DNA from: Candidatus Nitrosocosmicus sp.
Lineage (GTDB): Archaea; Thermoproteota; Nitrososphaeria; Nitrososphaerales; Nitrososphaeraceae
Reading direction: 5' to 3'
Assembly: GCA_031177355.1 (NCBI GenBank)
Contig: JAPSGR010000002.1
Span: forward strand, 34,161 to 98,160
DNA length: 64,000 nt
In this document: positions 27,309 through 37,953 of the stretch, in pieces
Numbering within the stretch: position 1 is the first letter of the stretch
How the letters are laid out: each line of letters starts with the position of its first letter
The notes under the pieces: generated by a model
What the model was told of the DNA's origin: nothing
Database searches by the model: none
What the model saw: the letters and a program-made list of their open reading frames with translations, nothing else
Translations under genes and position numbers: made by a program

Positions 27309-30300
27309 TCATATATAGATCAATCATTCCTGTTCCTACTGGTACTGTTGCGCCAACTATAACATTTTCAGTGACCCCCTTCAATGGTTCAACCTGTCCT
27401 TCCAATGCAGCCCGTGCAATAGTAGGAACGGTAATTTCAAAAGCAGCTCTAGCTAAGACTGATGTTTTTGTGCCGGCGATCCCATGTCTACCGATTTGCT
27501 GTAGATATCCCTTTGAAGTCATCAAGTCTGCAACTAACATTATGTGACGAATATCTACCTCTAGACCTTGTTCCTCTAAAGTATTTGTTATCTCTTTTAC
27601 AAGGGCTGTTCTTGCTGCTTCTATTCCAAGGGTTTGCCAAATTTCAAAAACATTGTTTGTAGTAATTCTAGTAACATCTATTCCTTCGACCAAGACAACC
27701 TTTGCCAAATTGGACCCAGCTGTCTGAATAACCCATTCATCATTTTGTTTAACAATGGTAACTCTTTCAATATCAGGGACTCCTTTAACACGGCCATTTA
27801 AGAGCTTGTTTCTTAGAGTAAGGAGGGTTTGAGCATCCGGTTCCTGGGACAACGATATTTTAATGAATAATTGGTCTTCATTTACAGTAACTTCATATCT
27901 CTTCTTGGAACTCTTTAAAACTTCGTGAATTTCTTGAATTGAGGTTCCCCTATCGGCAATTTTCTTATCAGAGAAATAGAAGGTAAGATTTCCGCTATAG
28001 TCTGTATCAACTTTACTAACTAAATCCGATATTCTCGTGAAGATTATTTTCTTTGCAACTTCTAAAGCTTTTTCTCGGGACAGTCTATGCTCTTCGTCTA
28101 AATATATATCCATAGTGGGAGTGACAGGTTTCTTTCTTGCGTCCACCAGTTCAATTAGTCTAGGTAATCCTAAGGTAACGTTTCTTTCCTTTACACCAGC
28201 AAAATGAAAAGTTCGTAAAGTCATTTGTGTTCCTGGCTCCCCTATTGATTGAGCTGTAACGACACCAGCCGCTTCCCCAGGTTCAACCATTGCTTTTTCA
28301 AATAGGTCCATTATCTTGTGAATTACCTTCTTGATGCCAGTTTTGCTAAGGGGATAAGAAATTAATGCAGATTCTATCTCTTGTCCCAATTTGGGATTCA
28401 TCTTTTCTTTGAATTTCAGCAAAAGTTCTTTCATTTCCTCTTCTGTAGTCTTCGTACCATCATCAATTACCGATTCACTTTCAACTACCCTATTTATGTT
28501 TACAGCATCACCATGGTCACTTTTGGCTGGATCAATACCATCATCTCCATAAATATACTGAACAATATTCCCATGGGGATCTCTTACTGTCAAGTCATAC
28601 TCTATTTTTAAATGTTCTAAGGCGTTGATTAGTCTTCGTTGCATGTATCCTGATTGTTGGGTCCTCACAGCAGTATCAACTAATCCTTCTCGTCCCCCCA
28701 TGGCATGAAAGAAAAATTCGATTGGATTGAGTCCATCTCTATAGTTTGATTTAACAAATCCTTTTGAGTCAGGGTTTTGATCGCCGGGCCTGAAATGAGG
28801 CAAAGCCCTGTTCCTATATCCCTTAATGATACGTTTGCCTCGTATAGACTGTTGACCCAATGCAGCCGTCATTTGTCCGATATTTAAGGTAGACCCTCTA
28901 GCACCCGTTGAAGCCATAATAACCCCAGAGTTATCATCAGGGAAAGATCTATCAGCAATTTTACCTGCTCTATCTCTGGCTCGCGATAACTCGTTTACGA
29001 CATATAACTCCAATGCTTCTTCAGGTGATAATCCACGGGTTAACGGTAAAGTACCATCATGGTATTGTTTTATCAATTCATCTATTTTGTTATATGTCTT
29101 TTCGATAACATCATAGATCTCCTTACGAGTTTCATCACTTAACCACAAGTCAGAATAACCATAACTGAATCCTTTATGAGTAATATAGGTCTTGAGCATT
29201 ATGAGAATGGCGTCAAGGAATCTTTTTGCTTCATCATTACCATAGTCTTTAGCTATCCGGTGTAACACACTATCAGGTTCTTCGGCACCTATCGAGGCCT
29301 TGTCTATAACACCTGATATCAATTGTCCATTTTTTATTACAACATCTTTACCTTGTAATTTAGAAGCCTTATTCCACTTGGAGGTAATTACAAAGTTAAA
29401 GTCTTTTGGCAAGAATAATGAGAACAACTGTCTTCCCGTATAAAACGTTCTTCCATCCTTTTCAATTTCCGGCTTTGGTAACGGACCATTATAACCTCCT
29501 AAATAAGCAAAATTAGAGATTTCATCAGCAGTTAGAAGTGTCTCCTCTTTAGTCAACAAGAATGCACCAGTGATAAAGTCTCTAATCGCACCGATAATTG
29601 GCCCACCATATCTGGGAGATATTAATTGATCTTGCACCTTCATCAACAATGCAGCTTCAGCTCTTGCCTCTTGACTTTGTGGAACATGCAAATTCATTTC
29701 ATCACCGTCAAAATCAGCATTATAAGGAGGACAAACGGCAGGATGGAGTCGAAACGTTCTGTAGGGCAGTACCCTGACAGTATGTGCCATGATCGACATT
29801 CGATGAAGAGATGGTTGACGATTAAAGATTACAACATCTCCATCCATCAAGTGACGTTCAACTGTATAGCCATTCATCAATGAATCCGCAATTGCAGCTC
29901 TATCAGTGACATAGTCTAGTCTTATTTTTACGCCATCAGGTCTTATAATATAATTTGCTCCTGGATAATTGTTAGGTCCATTTAACACAAGTGCTTTTAA
30001 CTTCTCCACATTCCATGAAGATACAGTTTCAGGTATAGTAAGCTTTTTAGCCACATCGCTTGGGACTCCCACATCCGAAATAGTAAGATTAGGATCCGGA
30101 GAGATCACCGTTCGACTTGAAAAATCGACTCTTTTTCCAGATAAGGAACCTCTAAATCGCCCTTCCTTTCCTTTCAATCTCTGGGTAATAGTCTTCAGAG
30201 GTCTGCCAGACCGATGATGTGCCTGTGGAATACCTGAAACCTCGTTATCGAAGTATGTTGTAACATGATACTGTAATAAATCAACCAAATCTTGGACAAT

Positions 30301-31089
30301 CAGTGGTGGTGTTCCTGCTTCTTTACTCTCTTTCAATCTCTGATTGACTCGTATAATATCGACTAGTTTGTGAGTCAAATCATCCTCGGATCTAATACCA
30401 GTTTCTAAAATTATCGATGGACGCACGGTGACAGGAGGTACCGGCAAAACTTGAAGGATAAACCATTCTGGTCGAGCCGTTTTGGGATCATATCCTAGCA
30501 AGATTAGATCTTCATTCGAAACATTAAGCAATCTCTCTCTTATTGTAATTGGTAATAACCTATTTTCACCTACATCTGTCTTTTCGACAAATATAGTAGG
30601 TTTTGTAAAAATTAGATCATACTGTTCCTTTTGACAATGAGGACATACTTTTACCTTCTTCGCTTTCTCAATAATCTCATCCTTTACATTTTCGAGGGTA
30701 ATTACAGCATACGCAGCTTTACTATCCCTAAGATTCTTATATTTTTCTAAATCCTCACTGTTAAGCTTTATCCTATTACACGATCTGCATGTGATTAACA
30801 GTAACTTGTGGATATCATCTATAAAGGCAATATGTAAAACGGGTTCAGCAAGTTCTATATGGCCAAAGTGACCAGGACATCTGGCAGATGTATTTCCACA
30901 AGTCGCACATTTTTGTCCGGGCTCTAATGTTCCTAGGCGGTTATCCATTAATCCTCCCTGTACGGGCATACCATCCTCATCATATGTCTCAGGTGCAGTT
31001 ACCTCTGTGACGCTAAATTTTCTTACCTCTACCGGAGACCATATACTAAATCTAATTCCATCCAATATTTTTATTAATTCATCATTCAT
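27295..31089 (-). CDS. rpo1: DNA-directed RNA polymerase subunit A (A'/A'' fused, Rpo1)
   Basis: Catalytic YNADFDGDEMN, GLVDTA, IGEPGTQMTLRTFH and N-terminal zinc sites, all in a single 1264-aa ORF. Confidence 0.99.
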   Translation of the reverse strand: MNDELIKILDGIRFSIWSPVEVRKFSVTEVTAPETYDEDGMPVQGGLMDNRLGTLEPGQKCATCGNTSARCPGHFGHIELAEPVLHIAFIDDIHKLLLITCRSCNRIKLNSEDLEKYKNLRDSKAAYAVITLENVKDEIIEKAKKVKVCPHCQKEQYDLIFTKPTIFVEKTDVGENRLLPITIRERLLNVSNEDLILLGYDPKTARPEWFILQVLPVPPVTVRPSIILETGIRSEDDLTHKLVDIIRVNQRLKESKEAGTPPLIVQDLVDLLQYHVTTYFDNEVSGIPQAHHRSGRPLKTITQRLKGKEGRFRGSLSGKRVDFSSRTVISPDPNLTISDVGVPSDVAKKLTIPETVSSWNVEKLKALVLNGPNNYPGANYIIRPDGVKIRLDYVTDRAAIADSLMNGYTVERHLMDGDVVIFNRQPSLHRMSIMAHTVRVLPYRTFRLHPAVCPPYNADFDGDEMNLHVPQSQEARAEAALLMKVQDQLISPRYGGPIIGAIRDFITGAFLLTKEETLLTADEISNFAYLGGYNGPLPKPEIEKDGRTFYTGRQLFSLFLPKDFNFVITSKWNKASKLQGKDVVIKNGQLISGVIDKASIGAEEPDSVLHRIAKDYGNDEAKRFLDAILIMLKTYITHKGFSYGYSDLWLSDETRKEIYDVIEKTYNKIDELIKQYHDGTLPLTRGLSPEEALELYVVNELSRARDRAGKIADRSFPDDNSGVIMASTGARGSTLNIGQMTAALGQQSIRGKRIIKGYRNRALPHFRPGDQNPDSKGFVKSNYRDGLNPIEFFFHAMGGREGLVDTAVRTQQSGYMQRRLINALEHLKIEYDLTVRDPHGNIVQYIYGDDGIDPAKSDHGDAVNINRVVESESVIDDGTKTTEEEMKELLLKFKEKMNPKLGQEIESALISYPLSKTGIKKVIHKIMDLFEKAMVEPGEAAGVVTAQSIGEPGTQMTLRTFHFAGVKERNVTLGLPRLIELVDARKKPVTPTMDIYLDEEHRLSREKALEVAKKIIFTRISDLVSKVDTDYSGNLTFYFSDKKIADRGTSIQEIHEVLKSSKKRYEVTVNEDQLFIKISLSQEPDAQTLLTLRNKLLNGRVKGVPDIERVTIVKQNDEWVIQTAGSNLAKVVLVEGIDVTRITTNNVFEIWQTLGIEAARTALVKEITNTLEEQGLEVDIRHIMLVADLMTSKGYLQQIGRHGIAGTKTSVLARAAFEITVPTIARAALEGQVEPLKGVTENVIVGATVPVGTGMIDLYMSVKE

Positions 31090-31129
31090 TTAACAAAACT
31101 CCCACTTAAAATACCAAAAATAGAAAGGT

Positions 31130-34100
31130 TCAAACCTTCTCCTTTACCAATAATCGTGGAGCCACATTTAAACTCATCATTTCTTGTAATAGCAACTTAA
31201 AAGCATATGCAATTATCACGTTAGAGATCTTTGCTTTATCGCCGCAAACTCTACAAACATATTTTCTTTGTTTAGTATCAAAATATGATAATAGACCACA
31301 CCTTTCGCATACATTTATTTCGGCTTTGTCTGACTCCTCCAACAGTCTATCTTTTAACATCATAGAAGCACCATAGGCTATCAAACAATCTCTCTCCATT
31401 TCACCAAACCTTAGACCTCCTCCTCTCGCTCTTCCTTCCGTAGGTTGTTTAGTTAACATTTGTACTTGTCCTCTTGCTCTACTATGAATCTTGTCCGCTA
31501 CCATATGATGGAGTTTTTGATAATAAACAACTCCTATATACACATCCACCGGAAATTTTTTACCTGTTCTACCATCGTACATCACTTCTTTTCCACTATG
31601 CTTAAAACCGTAACGCTCCATTACATCTTTGATATCATTTAATTTTTCGCCTAGAAATGCAGAACCATCAACGATCTTGCCTCTAAGTGATGCAGCCTTG
31701 CCTCCTAGGGATTCCATAAACATACCCACAGTCATTCTAGAAGGAAATGCATGAGGATTGATCATAACATCAGGTACAACTCCATCCTCTGTGTAGGGTA
31801 AATCTTCCTGGTTTACAAGCATTCCGACCACCCCCTTCTGACCATGTCTTGATGCAAATTTATCGCCTATTTCTGGAATTCGCATATCTCTTACCCTAAT
31901 CTTATACATTTTGCCTCCCTCCACCGATTGTGTCATTATAACTGTGTCTACAACACCATTCTCAGAAGGCCTCACACCAATTGAGGTATCCCGCCTATAG
32001 GGCCCCTTTACTTCAAATTCCTTGTATTCTTCCATAAATCGAGGGGGCGATGTTCTACCTATTAATATGTCACCCCCATTTACCACGGATTCATGCATTA
32101 TAGCGCCATCCTGTTCTAATAATCGATAGGATTTTTCTCCTCTGTAACCACGAATATTAGCATCCGATGATGGTATTTCGAAGGTATCCTTCATGCCTCC
32201 AGGATATTGCTTTGCTTCAGCTTCATATACACGATAAAAGAATGTACGAGCTAGTCCTCTATCAACTGATGATTTACTAAATACTACGGCATCTTCAATA
32301 TTATACCCCTCAAATGGGAGAACAGCCACGACACAATTTTGACCCGTAGGCCTTTCATCTAAACCAAGTAAGTTTATCGCTTTAGTAGTAACGACTGGCA
32401 TTTGTGGATAGAGCATAAAATGTTGCCTCACATAAGTGCTTGCGTTCATTAGCGGTGTAGAAAATCCTAAACTTTGTTTAGCCATGGCACTCTCGTATGT
32501 ATTTCTTGGTGATTGATTGTGTTCTGGATAAGGGATTATAGAAGCGCCCACACCCAATATAGAGGACAAGAAAATTTCAACATGTGTATGATCTGAGGTA
32601 ATATTCTTCAATTCACTGGCGATATAGCAGTTTTCTTCTTCGTTAGCGTCAACCAATTCAATAATACCCATATACAAGAGGTCAGTCCATGATAAAAATT
32701 TCTTTGAAATCTTATCGATTACTTCCTTGGTTAACAAAATATTTCCATCCTTAACTATTGCAACAGGTCGTAAAACTCTTCCAGAATTGCAACTAATGTA
32801 TAACCTTTTAGTAGCATTCTCATTTAATGAAGAATAAAAATATATTCCCATATGGGGATGCATTCTTCCAGATCTTCTCATTGTACGTAAGCGATTAGCT
32901 AATGAGCCTCCATCTTCAATGTATCCAATCAATCGACCATCAACAAATATTCGTGCGCCCTTTTGCTTTAACTCATCATTAGTTTCATTAACATTTTGGA
33001 CGCCTAATTCATACAACTTTTCTATTACATCAGAGGACAATACACTTACAGATATTACAGCAGACAAAGCCAAATTCTTAACTAGTCCACAGTTTGAACC
33101 CTCAGGGGTCTCAGATGGACATATTCTTCCAAAATGAGTCGCATGCAAATCCCTTGCTTCAAAATTAGGTTGACTTCTGCTAAGAGGTGACTGAATTCGC
33201 CTTAAATGACTTACCGTTGACATATAATTAGTTCTATCCAACAATTGAGTAACGCCGACTCTACCTCTGCCCCAGTTGCCAGTAGCGATAGCGTTATTCA
33301 GCTTGTCTGAGATAATCCCCGGCCTAACTGCAGCGGCAACGGCATTTATTCCACGTTTCTGGCCCGACCTCTCTAATTGGTATTTCATATCTCGAATGAG
33401 ATTTCTAAATGCTGTTCGGAATAAATCAGCTAACATTTGTCCAGCAAATTTAATAACTTTGTTTCCATAATGGTCCTTATCATCAGGATCTATCCAGTTA
33501 AGATTTAGCTCTATCAATTTGCATGCGGATTCTCCTAAAAATAATGCTTTCTCGTAACGGTTATCAGGATTTTTTCCTAAATGAGGTAGCAGACCCCAAT
33601 CAAGCAGGGTTTCAGCTCTTTTAATTTGAAATTCTTCCAACATACCAGGAGCAATTCTCTTACTTATGTAAATAATGGCATCCATACTAGTTGTTACCTC
33701 GCCAGATTTTTCAAATGAGGGTTCCAATTCGTCTTGGATAGAATCGTTAAGTGATACTGCATTCGCGATATCCTTGTCGGACTCTAACCCTAATGCTCTC
33801 ACTAATATTATTAGTGGGATATCCACAGGTGAGCCAGGGATTTTTGATACAATAGAGCCATCTGGCCTCATTATCAATTCTAATTTGGCCCTATATCCTA
33901 CTATCGACGAATATACTTTGGCTTTATAAAGCATAGTCCCAGAGGTTTCCTCTATATCTACAATGATCTTGTTATATGATAGGTCCTCTAATCCTACAAT
34001 GACTCTTTCTGAACCGTTAATAATAAAATAACCTCCTGGATCTTTAGGATCCTCACCGACATCGACTAATTTTGCTTCAGAGTAATTATTTAACATACAA

Positions 34101-34492
34101 GCATTTGACTTGACCATTACTGGCATGTCCCCGATATGAATAAAACGTGACTCCAAAGTCTTTCCCTCTTCAACAATACTGCATTCTAACATTATTGGAG
34201 AAGCATATGTTAAATTTCGAAGTCGCGCTTCTACGGGGGCTACATGAGTAATAGAACCATCTAATTCCATTATTCGGGGCTGTTGCATCTTTATTTTGCC
34301 CAACTTAATCTTATATGGATATTCGGCAGTTTCAATTTCAATCTCATTTACTTCATCTATTATACTTTGAAGTCCCCTTTCAATAAATTCATTATAAGAA
34401 TTAAGATGTTGCCTAGCGACCCCTTCTCTACGCAATATATCATTTATTATAGGCCACATATCAATAGAATTATTATTAATACTGACTGTCAT
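31130..34492 (-). CDS. rpo2: DNA-directed RNA polymerase subunit B (Rpo2, unsplit)
   Basis: GYFIINGSERV, ETPEGSNCGLVKN, GDKFASRHGQKG, QPTEGR and GGLRFGEMERD motifs. Confidence 0.99.
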   Translation of the reverse strand: MTVSINNNSIDMWPIINDILRREGVARQHLNSYNEFIERGLQSIIDEVNEIEIETAEYPYKIKLGKIKMQQPRIMELDGSITHVAPVEARLRNLTYASPIMLECSIVEEGKTLESRFIHIGDMPVMVKSNACMLNNYSEAKLVDVGEDPKDPGGYFIINGSERVIVGLEDLSYNKIIVDIEETSGTMLYKAKVYSSIVGYRAKLELIMRPDGSIVSKIPGSPVDIPLIILVRALGLESDKDIANAVSLNDSIQDELEPSFEKSGEVTTSMDAIIYISKRIAPGMLEEFQIKRAETLLDWGLLPHLGKNPDNRYEKALFLGESACKLIELNLNWIDPDDKDHYGNKVIKFAGQMLADLFRTAFRNLIRDMKYQLERSGQKRGINAVAAAVRPGIISDKLNNAIATGNWGRGRVGVTQLLDRTNYMSTVSHLRRIQSPLSRSQPNFEARDLHATHFGRICPSETPEGSNCGLVKNLALSAVISVSVLSSDVIEKLYELGVQNVNETNDELKQKGARIFVDGRLIGYIEDGGSLANRLRTMRRSGRMHPHMGIYFYSSLNENATKRLYISCNSGRVLRPVAIVKDGNILLTKEVIDKISKKFLSWTDLLYMGIIELVDANEEENCYIASELKNITSDHTHVEIFLSSILGVGASIIPYPEHNQSPRNTYESAMAKQSLGFSTPLMNASTYVRQHFMLYPQMPVVTTKAINLLGLDERPTGQNCVVAVLPFEGYNIEDAVVFSKSSVDRGLARTFFYRVYEAEAKQYPGGMKDTFEIPSSDANIRGYRGEKSYRLLEQDGAIMHESVVNGGDILIGRTSPPRFMEEYKEFEVKGPYRRDTSIGVRPSENGVVDTVIMTQSVEGGKMYKIRVRDMRIPEIGDKFASRHGQKGVVGMLVNQEDLPYTEDGVVPDVMINPHAFPSRMTVGMFMESLGGKAASLRGKIVDGSAFLGEKLNDIKDVMERYGFKHSGKEVMYDGRTGKKFPVDVYIGVVYYQKLHHMVADKIHSRARGQVQMLTKQPTEGRARGGGLRFGEMERDCLIAYGASMMLKDRLLEESDKAEINVCERCGLLSYFDTKQRKYVCRVCGDKAKISNVIIAYAFKLLLQEMMSLNVAPRLLVKEKV

Positions 34493-34500
34493 GATCTAGA

Positions 34501-34752
34501 TCAACCTTCTACTACGTATCGGTAATATACACTTTCACCCGCCGTTGAGCTCTTTCTAGTAATTTTTATGACATCCCCAGGTTGGGCACCCAAACCTTGT
34601 ATACCTTTATCTGATGACATGATATAAGGAAATTGGCTAGGTTTGGAATTATATTTTTTAAATATCACTTCCGCTTCGTCCTTTGAGAGTATTTCATGTC
34701 TAGGTTGATAAATATGATTTACAATTCTTACTTCTTTCTTCTCAGCGGACAC
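34501..34752 (-). CDS. rpo5: DNA-directed RNA polymerase subunit H (Rpo5)
   Basis: HIYQPRHEIL, P.I...D and GDVIKITRKS.TAG...YYR motifs. Confidence 0.96.
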   Translation of the reverse strand: MSAEKKEVRIVNHIYQPRHEILSKDEAEVIFKKYNSKPSQFPYIMSSDKGIQGLGAQPGDVIKITRKSSTAGESVYYRYVVEG

Positions 34753-35225
34753 TAATTCTTCTCTCCTTATCTAAAATGTAACTGCATAATAACAAGATAA
34801 TTATCAAATACCCTATAAAACAATGGTCGATTATATATAATATTCCTTTTATACAAATAACTCATTATTGGTGGGTAATATTTGGAATGCAAGCTTCCTG
34901 CTTTCCCCTGTCTTTAAATCATCATAATAGAAGATTTGGATTTCAGTTCTTAACCATAAAATAGAATGAGATAATGCAATATTTGCAATTTTGAATCAGT
35001 TAGTGAACATCAATATTAATCATATTGATTATCATGAACAGTTTCTTCTAATGATGTAAAACCTGAGTAATATGCGAACATAGTAACAATCACATTAACA
35101 ACTTCTAATATTACATATATCAACGATACTTATAAATAAAAACCTTCCATATTAAGAATAATCCAATAGGATAATTAAATATAAGAAATAATCTTATATG
35201 ATAACATTATTATAATAATTAACTG

Positions 35226-36029
35226 TTGCAAAAGAATGAAGGCTCGTATGTTGTTAGTGCAAACTTTAACAAATTATTCAGTGCAATAGTTTTGGTTAAT
35301 CTATTTTATGTAGGATTCGTTAACCATTTACCGGAATCTGATTTAGTTTATTCAACTATAGACGCTAATTCTAAATTTAACAATTACAGTTCCTATAATA
35401 CTAATTTCCAAGCGAACCAAACCCATACTTCTGAATTGCTTATTGATTCTTATTACCAGATTAAACTAGGCGATACAATTGACCTAGTTATGATTTCAAG
35501 TTCTGGAAACAAAATTTCTGCTTTAAATTATGATGAAGATGAAAACAGTATAATGCTGCTACTTAGTCCGTCAGATGCAAAAGGTAACAGCATATTGATA
35601 GATATTCCAAGAAATATACTTGATTCAACAATAAATGGAAATGACAAAAATTTTACCGTGATGGTAGACGACCAGCCAGCAAAATTTTTGGAAATATCAA
35701 ATGACAGTGAGTTAAATTCAATTTCAAATAGTCAGATAGATAACATATCAGAAATACAATACTCAAATAATGTCGACTCAAGAAAATTGATGATTGAATT
35801 TGGAGCAGATTCAAAAATAATTAAAATCAGTGGCACTGATACCAATAACTTGATTAATCAATCTAAAAGTTTGAACATTCCAGGCAACCAAACTACTCAA
35901 GAGAAGGATGGTCAGCAAGATATTTTTTTTCCCATTTTATATATAATAGTGACAGTCGGGATTGCAGTCTTATACTTCCTTCACAGGAAAAATAAGTTAC
36001 GGATAATGAGAAAAACAAAGTCAAGATAG
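35226..36029 (+). CDS. Putative cell-surface protein (thaumarchaeal extracellular domain plus C-terminal TM anchor and basic tail)
   Basis: N-terminal hydrophobic segment; 'IDIPRNILD...FTVMVDDQ' domain like those in thaumarchaeal PEFG-CTERM proteins; C-terminal TM followed by RKNKLRIMRKTKSR. Confidence 0.65.
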   Translation: MQKNEGSYVVSANFNKLFSAIVLVNLFYVGFVNHLPESDLVYSTIDANSKFNNYSSYNTNFQANQTHTSELLIDSYYQIKLGDTIDLVMISSSGNKISALNYDEDENSIMLLLSPSDAKGNSILIDIPRNILDSTINGNDKNFTVMVDDQPAKFLEISNDSELNSISNSQIDNISEIQYSNNVDSRKLMIEFGADSKIIKISGTDTNNLINQSKSLNIPGNQTTQEKDGQQDIFFPILYIIVTVGIAVLYFLHRKNKLRIMRKTKSR

Positions 36030-36473
36030 ATGGGATTGAACTACGAATTTAGTAAGTTCATATAGAAGATAAATATTTCATTTAATTAGAAATTATTGTT
36101 CTAAAGAATATTAACAGTTATTAGTTCTCATTGGCACTCCACGTATTTTTGTCTGAAAAAAGATTTTGTAGTTTAAACAAAATGAAAATCACTTTTTATC
36201 TGACTTAATTCTACTATGTAGTTGACAAACTTTGCGTTAAAACGGGCACATATTATTGATAGTTATCCAACAAATTACAAAGTATCTATATATTTTAAAA
36301 AAAATCATTTGTATAAAATTATAATCAATGTCAATACACTTCCTAAATGAATAGCCTAGAATTATATATCTGGAGCAAATATGCAGTAAAATGTCTTTAT
36401 TTCCGAAAAAATCATTATAATAGATGAAAATTTTTTTAAACTAAAATATGTATAATGAAGTAGATTATTGTAA

Positions 36474-37916
36474 TTGACATTAGACTATAACAAAATGATT
36501 GAAATAATCTTAGAAAAGAAGCAAGAACTCGATTTTGATAAGGTAAAAGAGATGATTGAAGAAAAAAAAGCTAATGTTGGTGCAGGTTATTTAACGGATC
36601 AAGGTGCGTTATTTTTAGTAGCTGCGGATTTAGGCGTATCGCTTGAGAAATCTCCAAAGACAGAATACAGCCTCAAAGACATTTTTATTGGAGCCAGAGA
36701 TATAACAGTTATTGGGAGAATAATTACTATTAATCCTATCAGAACCTTCCAAAAGAGAGATTCGGATCAGCAATCCAGAAATCGAATTATTACTATATAT
36801 GATAAGGACTCTAGCATTAGAATAAAGCTTTGGGATGAATTAGTAGATTTTCCTGAACAACTTAATTTAAGACACGGGGATTTGATCAAGGTGTCTAATT
36901 GTCAAGTAAAGTCAGGGATGGATAACAAACCAATTGTTAATTTAGGTAGCAATGGTTCCATAGAGTTGATAGTAGATGACAATAAGTATCAGGTTCCAAC
37001 ATTATCAGAAATTACCGAATCCGTCGATGATCTCAGCATGCCTAAAGAAAATTTAGTCATCGTTGGCAAAATTAATTCAGATCCTAGAATTTCTGAATTT
37101 ACAAATAGTAAAGGCGAACGCGCGAAATCGTTACACTTAGAGCTAGTAAATGAAGATAATTCACGTAAGATCCGTTCTGTAATTTGGAATATAAATGAAG
37201 AAAACGTTCCAAAGTCATTAACAATGAATTCCCGAATAAAATTGATTGGAGTAAAAACAAAAATAGGCAATCCTAATTTTGGTAATGGTGACTTGGAAAT
37301 TCATGGTGATGAAGGAACCGTTTTAGAATTTGTTGATCAGGAAAAACCTATCGAAAATTATGTTTTGCGGATCATATCCAGAAGAATAGACAGGTCTGAA
37401 AACAAGTTATTATGTATGGCCGTAGACAGAGAAAGCAGACCATATTTCTTGAATATAAACACTAAGCTCTTTGAACTCGAGATAAATCCTAATGACATAA
37501 TAGAATGTTACCCGAATAGAATACTCGGTAATTCTATTGAAGTGACTGACCAAGATTCTTTTCTTCATGTCCTGAAGGAAGAACAGGATTTACCTCGAGG
37601 AGAGGAATTTGAAGTAAAGATAAGGAACATTAGTGTAGTCAATAGGCCCTATATAGTAGAAGCCATTGTCCTTCAAGTGCCAAATAAGGCAGATGTCAAT
37701 ACTAAGAGTGGCGAATTAGTAACAGTAGCTGATACAATTATCGGAGACGATACAGGCGAAATACGACTCGTTGGATGGAGGGAAAATAGTATCTTAGTGA
37801 GCCAATTGAAAATAGGAGAAAGAATTAAAGTATTTGCTGCAAATGCAGTGAGCGGAAAAGAAGGAAATGTAGAGTTATCGTTAAAGCCTTACTCAGACAT
37901 AATCACAGTTTCCTAA
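36474..37916 (+). CDS. rpa: Replication protein A / multi-OB-fold single-stranded DNA-binding protein
   Basis: N-terminal K...GYLTD.GAL motif followed by repeated OB folds (D.DSSIRIKLWD, IGDDTGEIRLVGW). Confidence 0.85.
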   Translation: MTLDYNKMIEIILEKKQELDFDKVKEMIEEKKANVGAGYLTDQGALFLVAADLGVSLEKSPKTEYSLKDIFIGARDITVIGRIITINPIRTFQKRDSDQQSRNRIITIYDKDSSIRIKLWDELVDFPEQLNLRHGDLIKVSNCQVKSGMDNKPIVNLGSNGSIELIVDDNKYQVPTLSEITESVDDLSMPKENLVIVGKINSDPRISEFTNSKGERAKSLHLELVNEDNSRKIRSVIWNINEENVPKSLTMNSRIKLIGVKTKIGNPNFGNGDLEIHGDEGTVLEFVDQEKPIENYVLRIISRRIDRSENKLLCMAVDRESRPYFLNINTKLFELEINPNDIIECYPNRILGNSIEVTDQDSFLHVLKEEQDLPRGEEFEVKIRNISVVNRPYIVEAIVLQVPNKADVNTKSGELVTVADTIIGDDTGEIRLVGWRENSILVSQLKIGERIKVFAANAVSGKEGNVELSLKPYSDIITVS

Positions 37917-37953
37917 CTCATTAGTATATTAGAGTTGATAAATAAACATTCAA

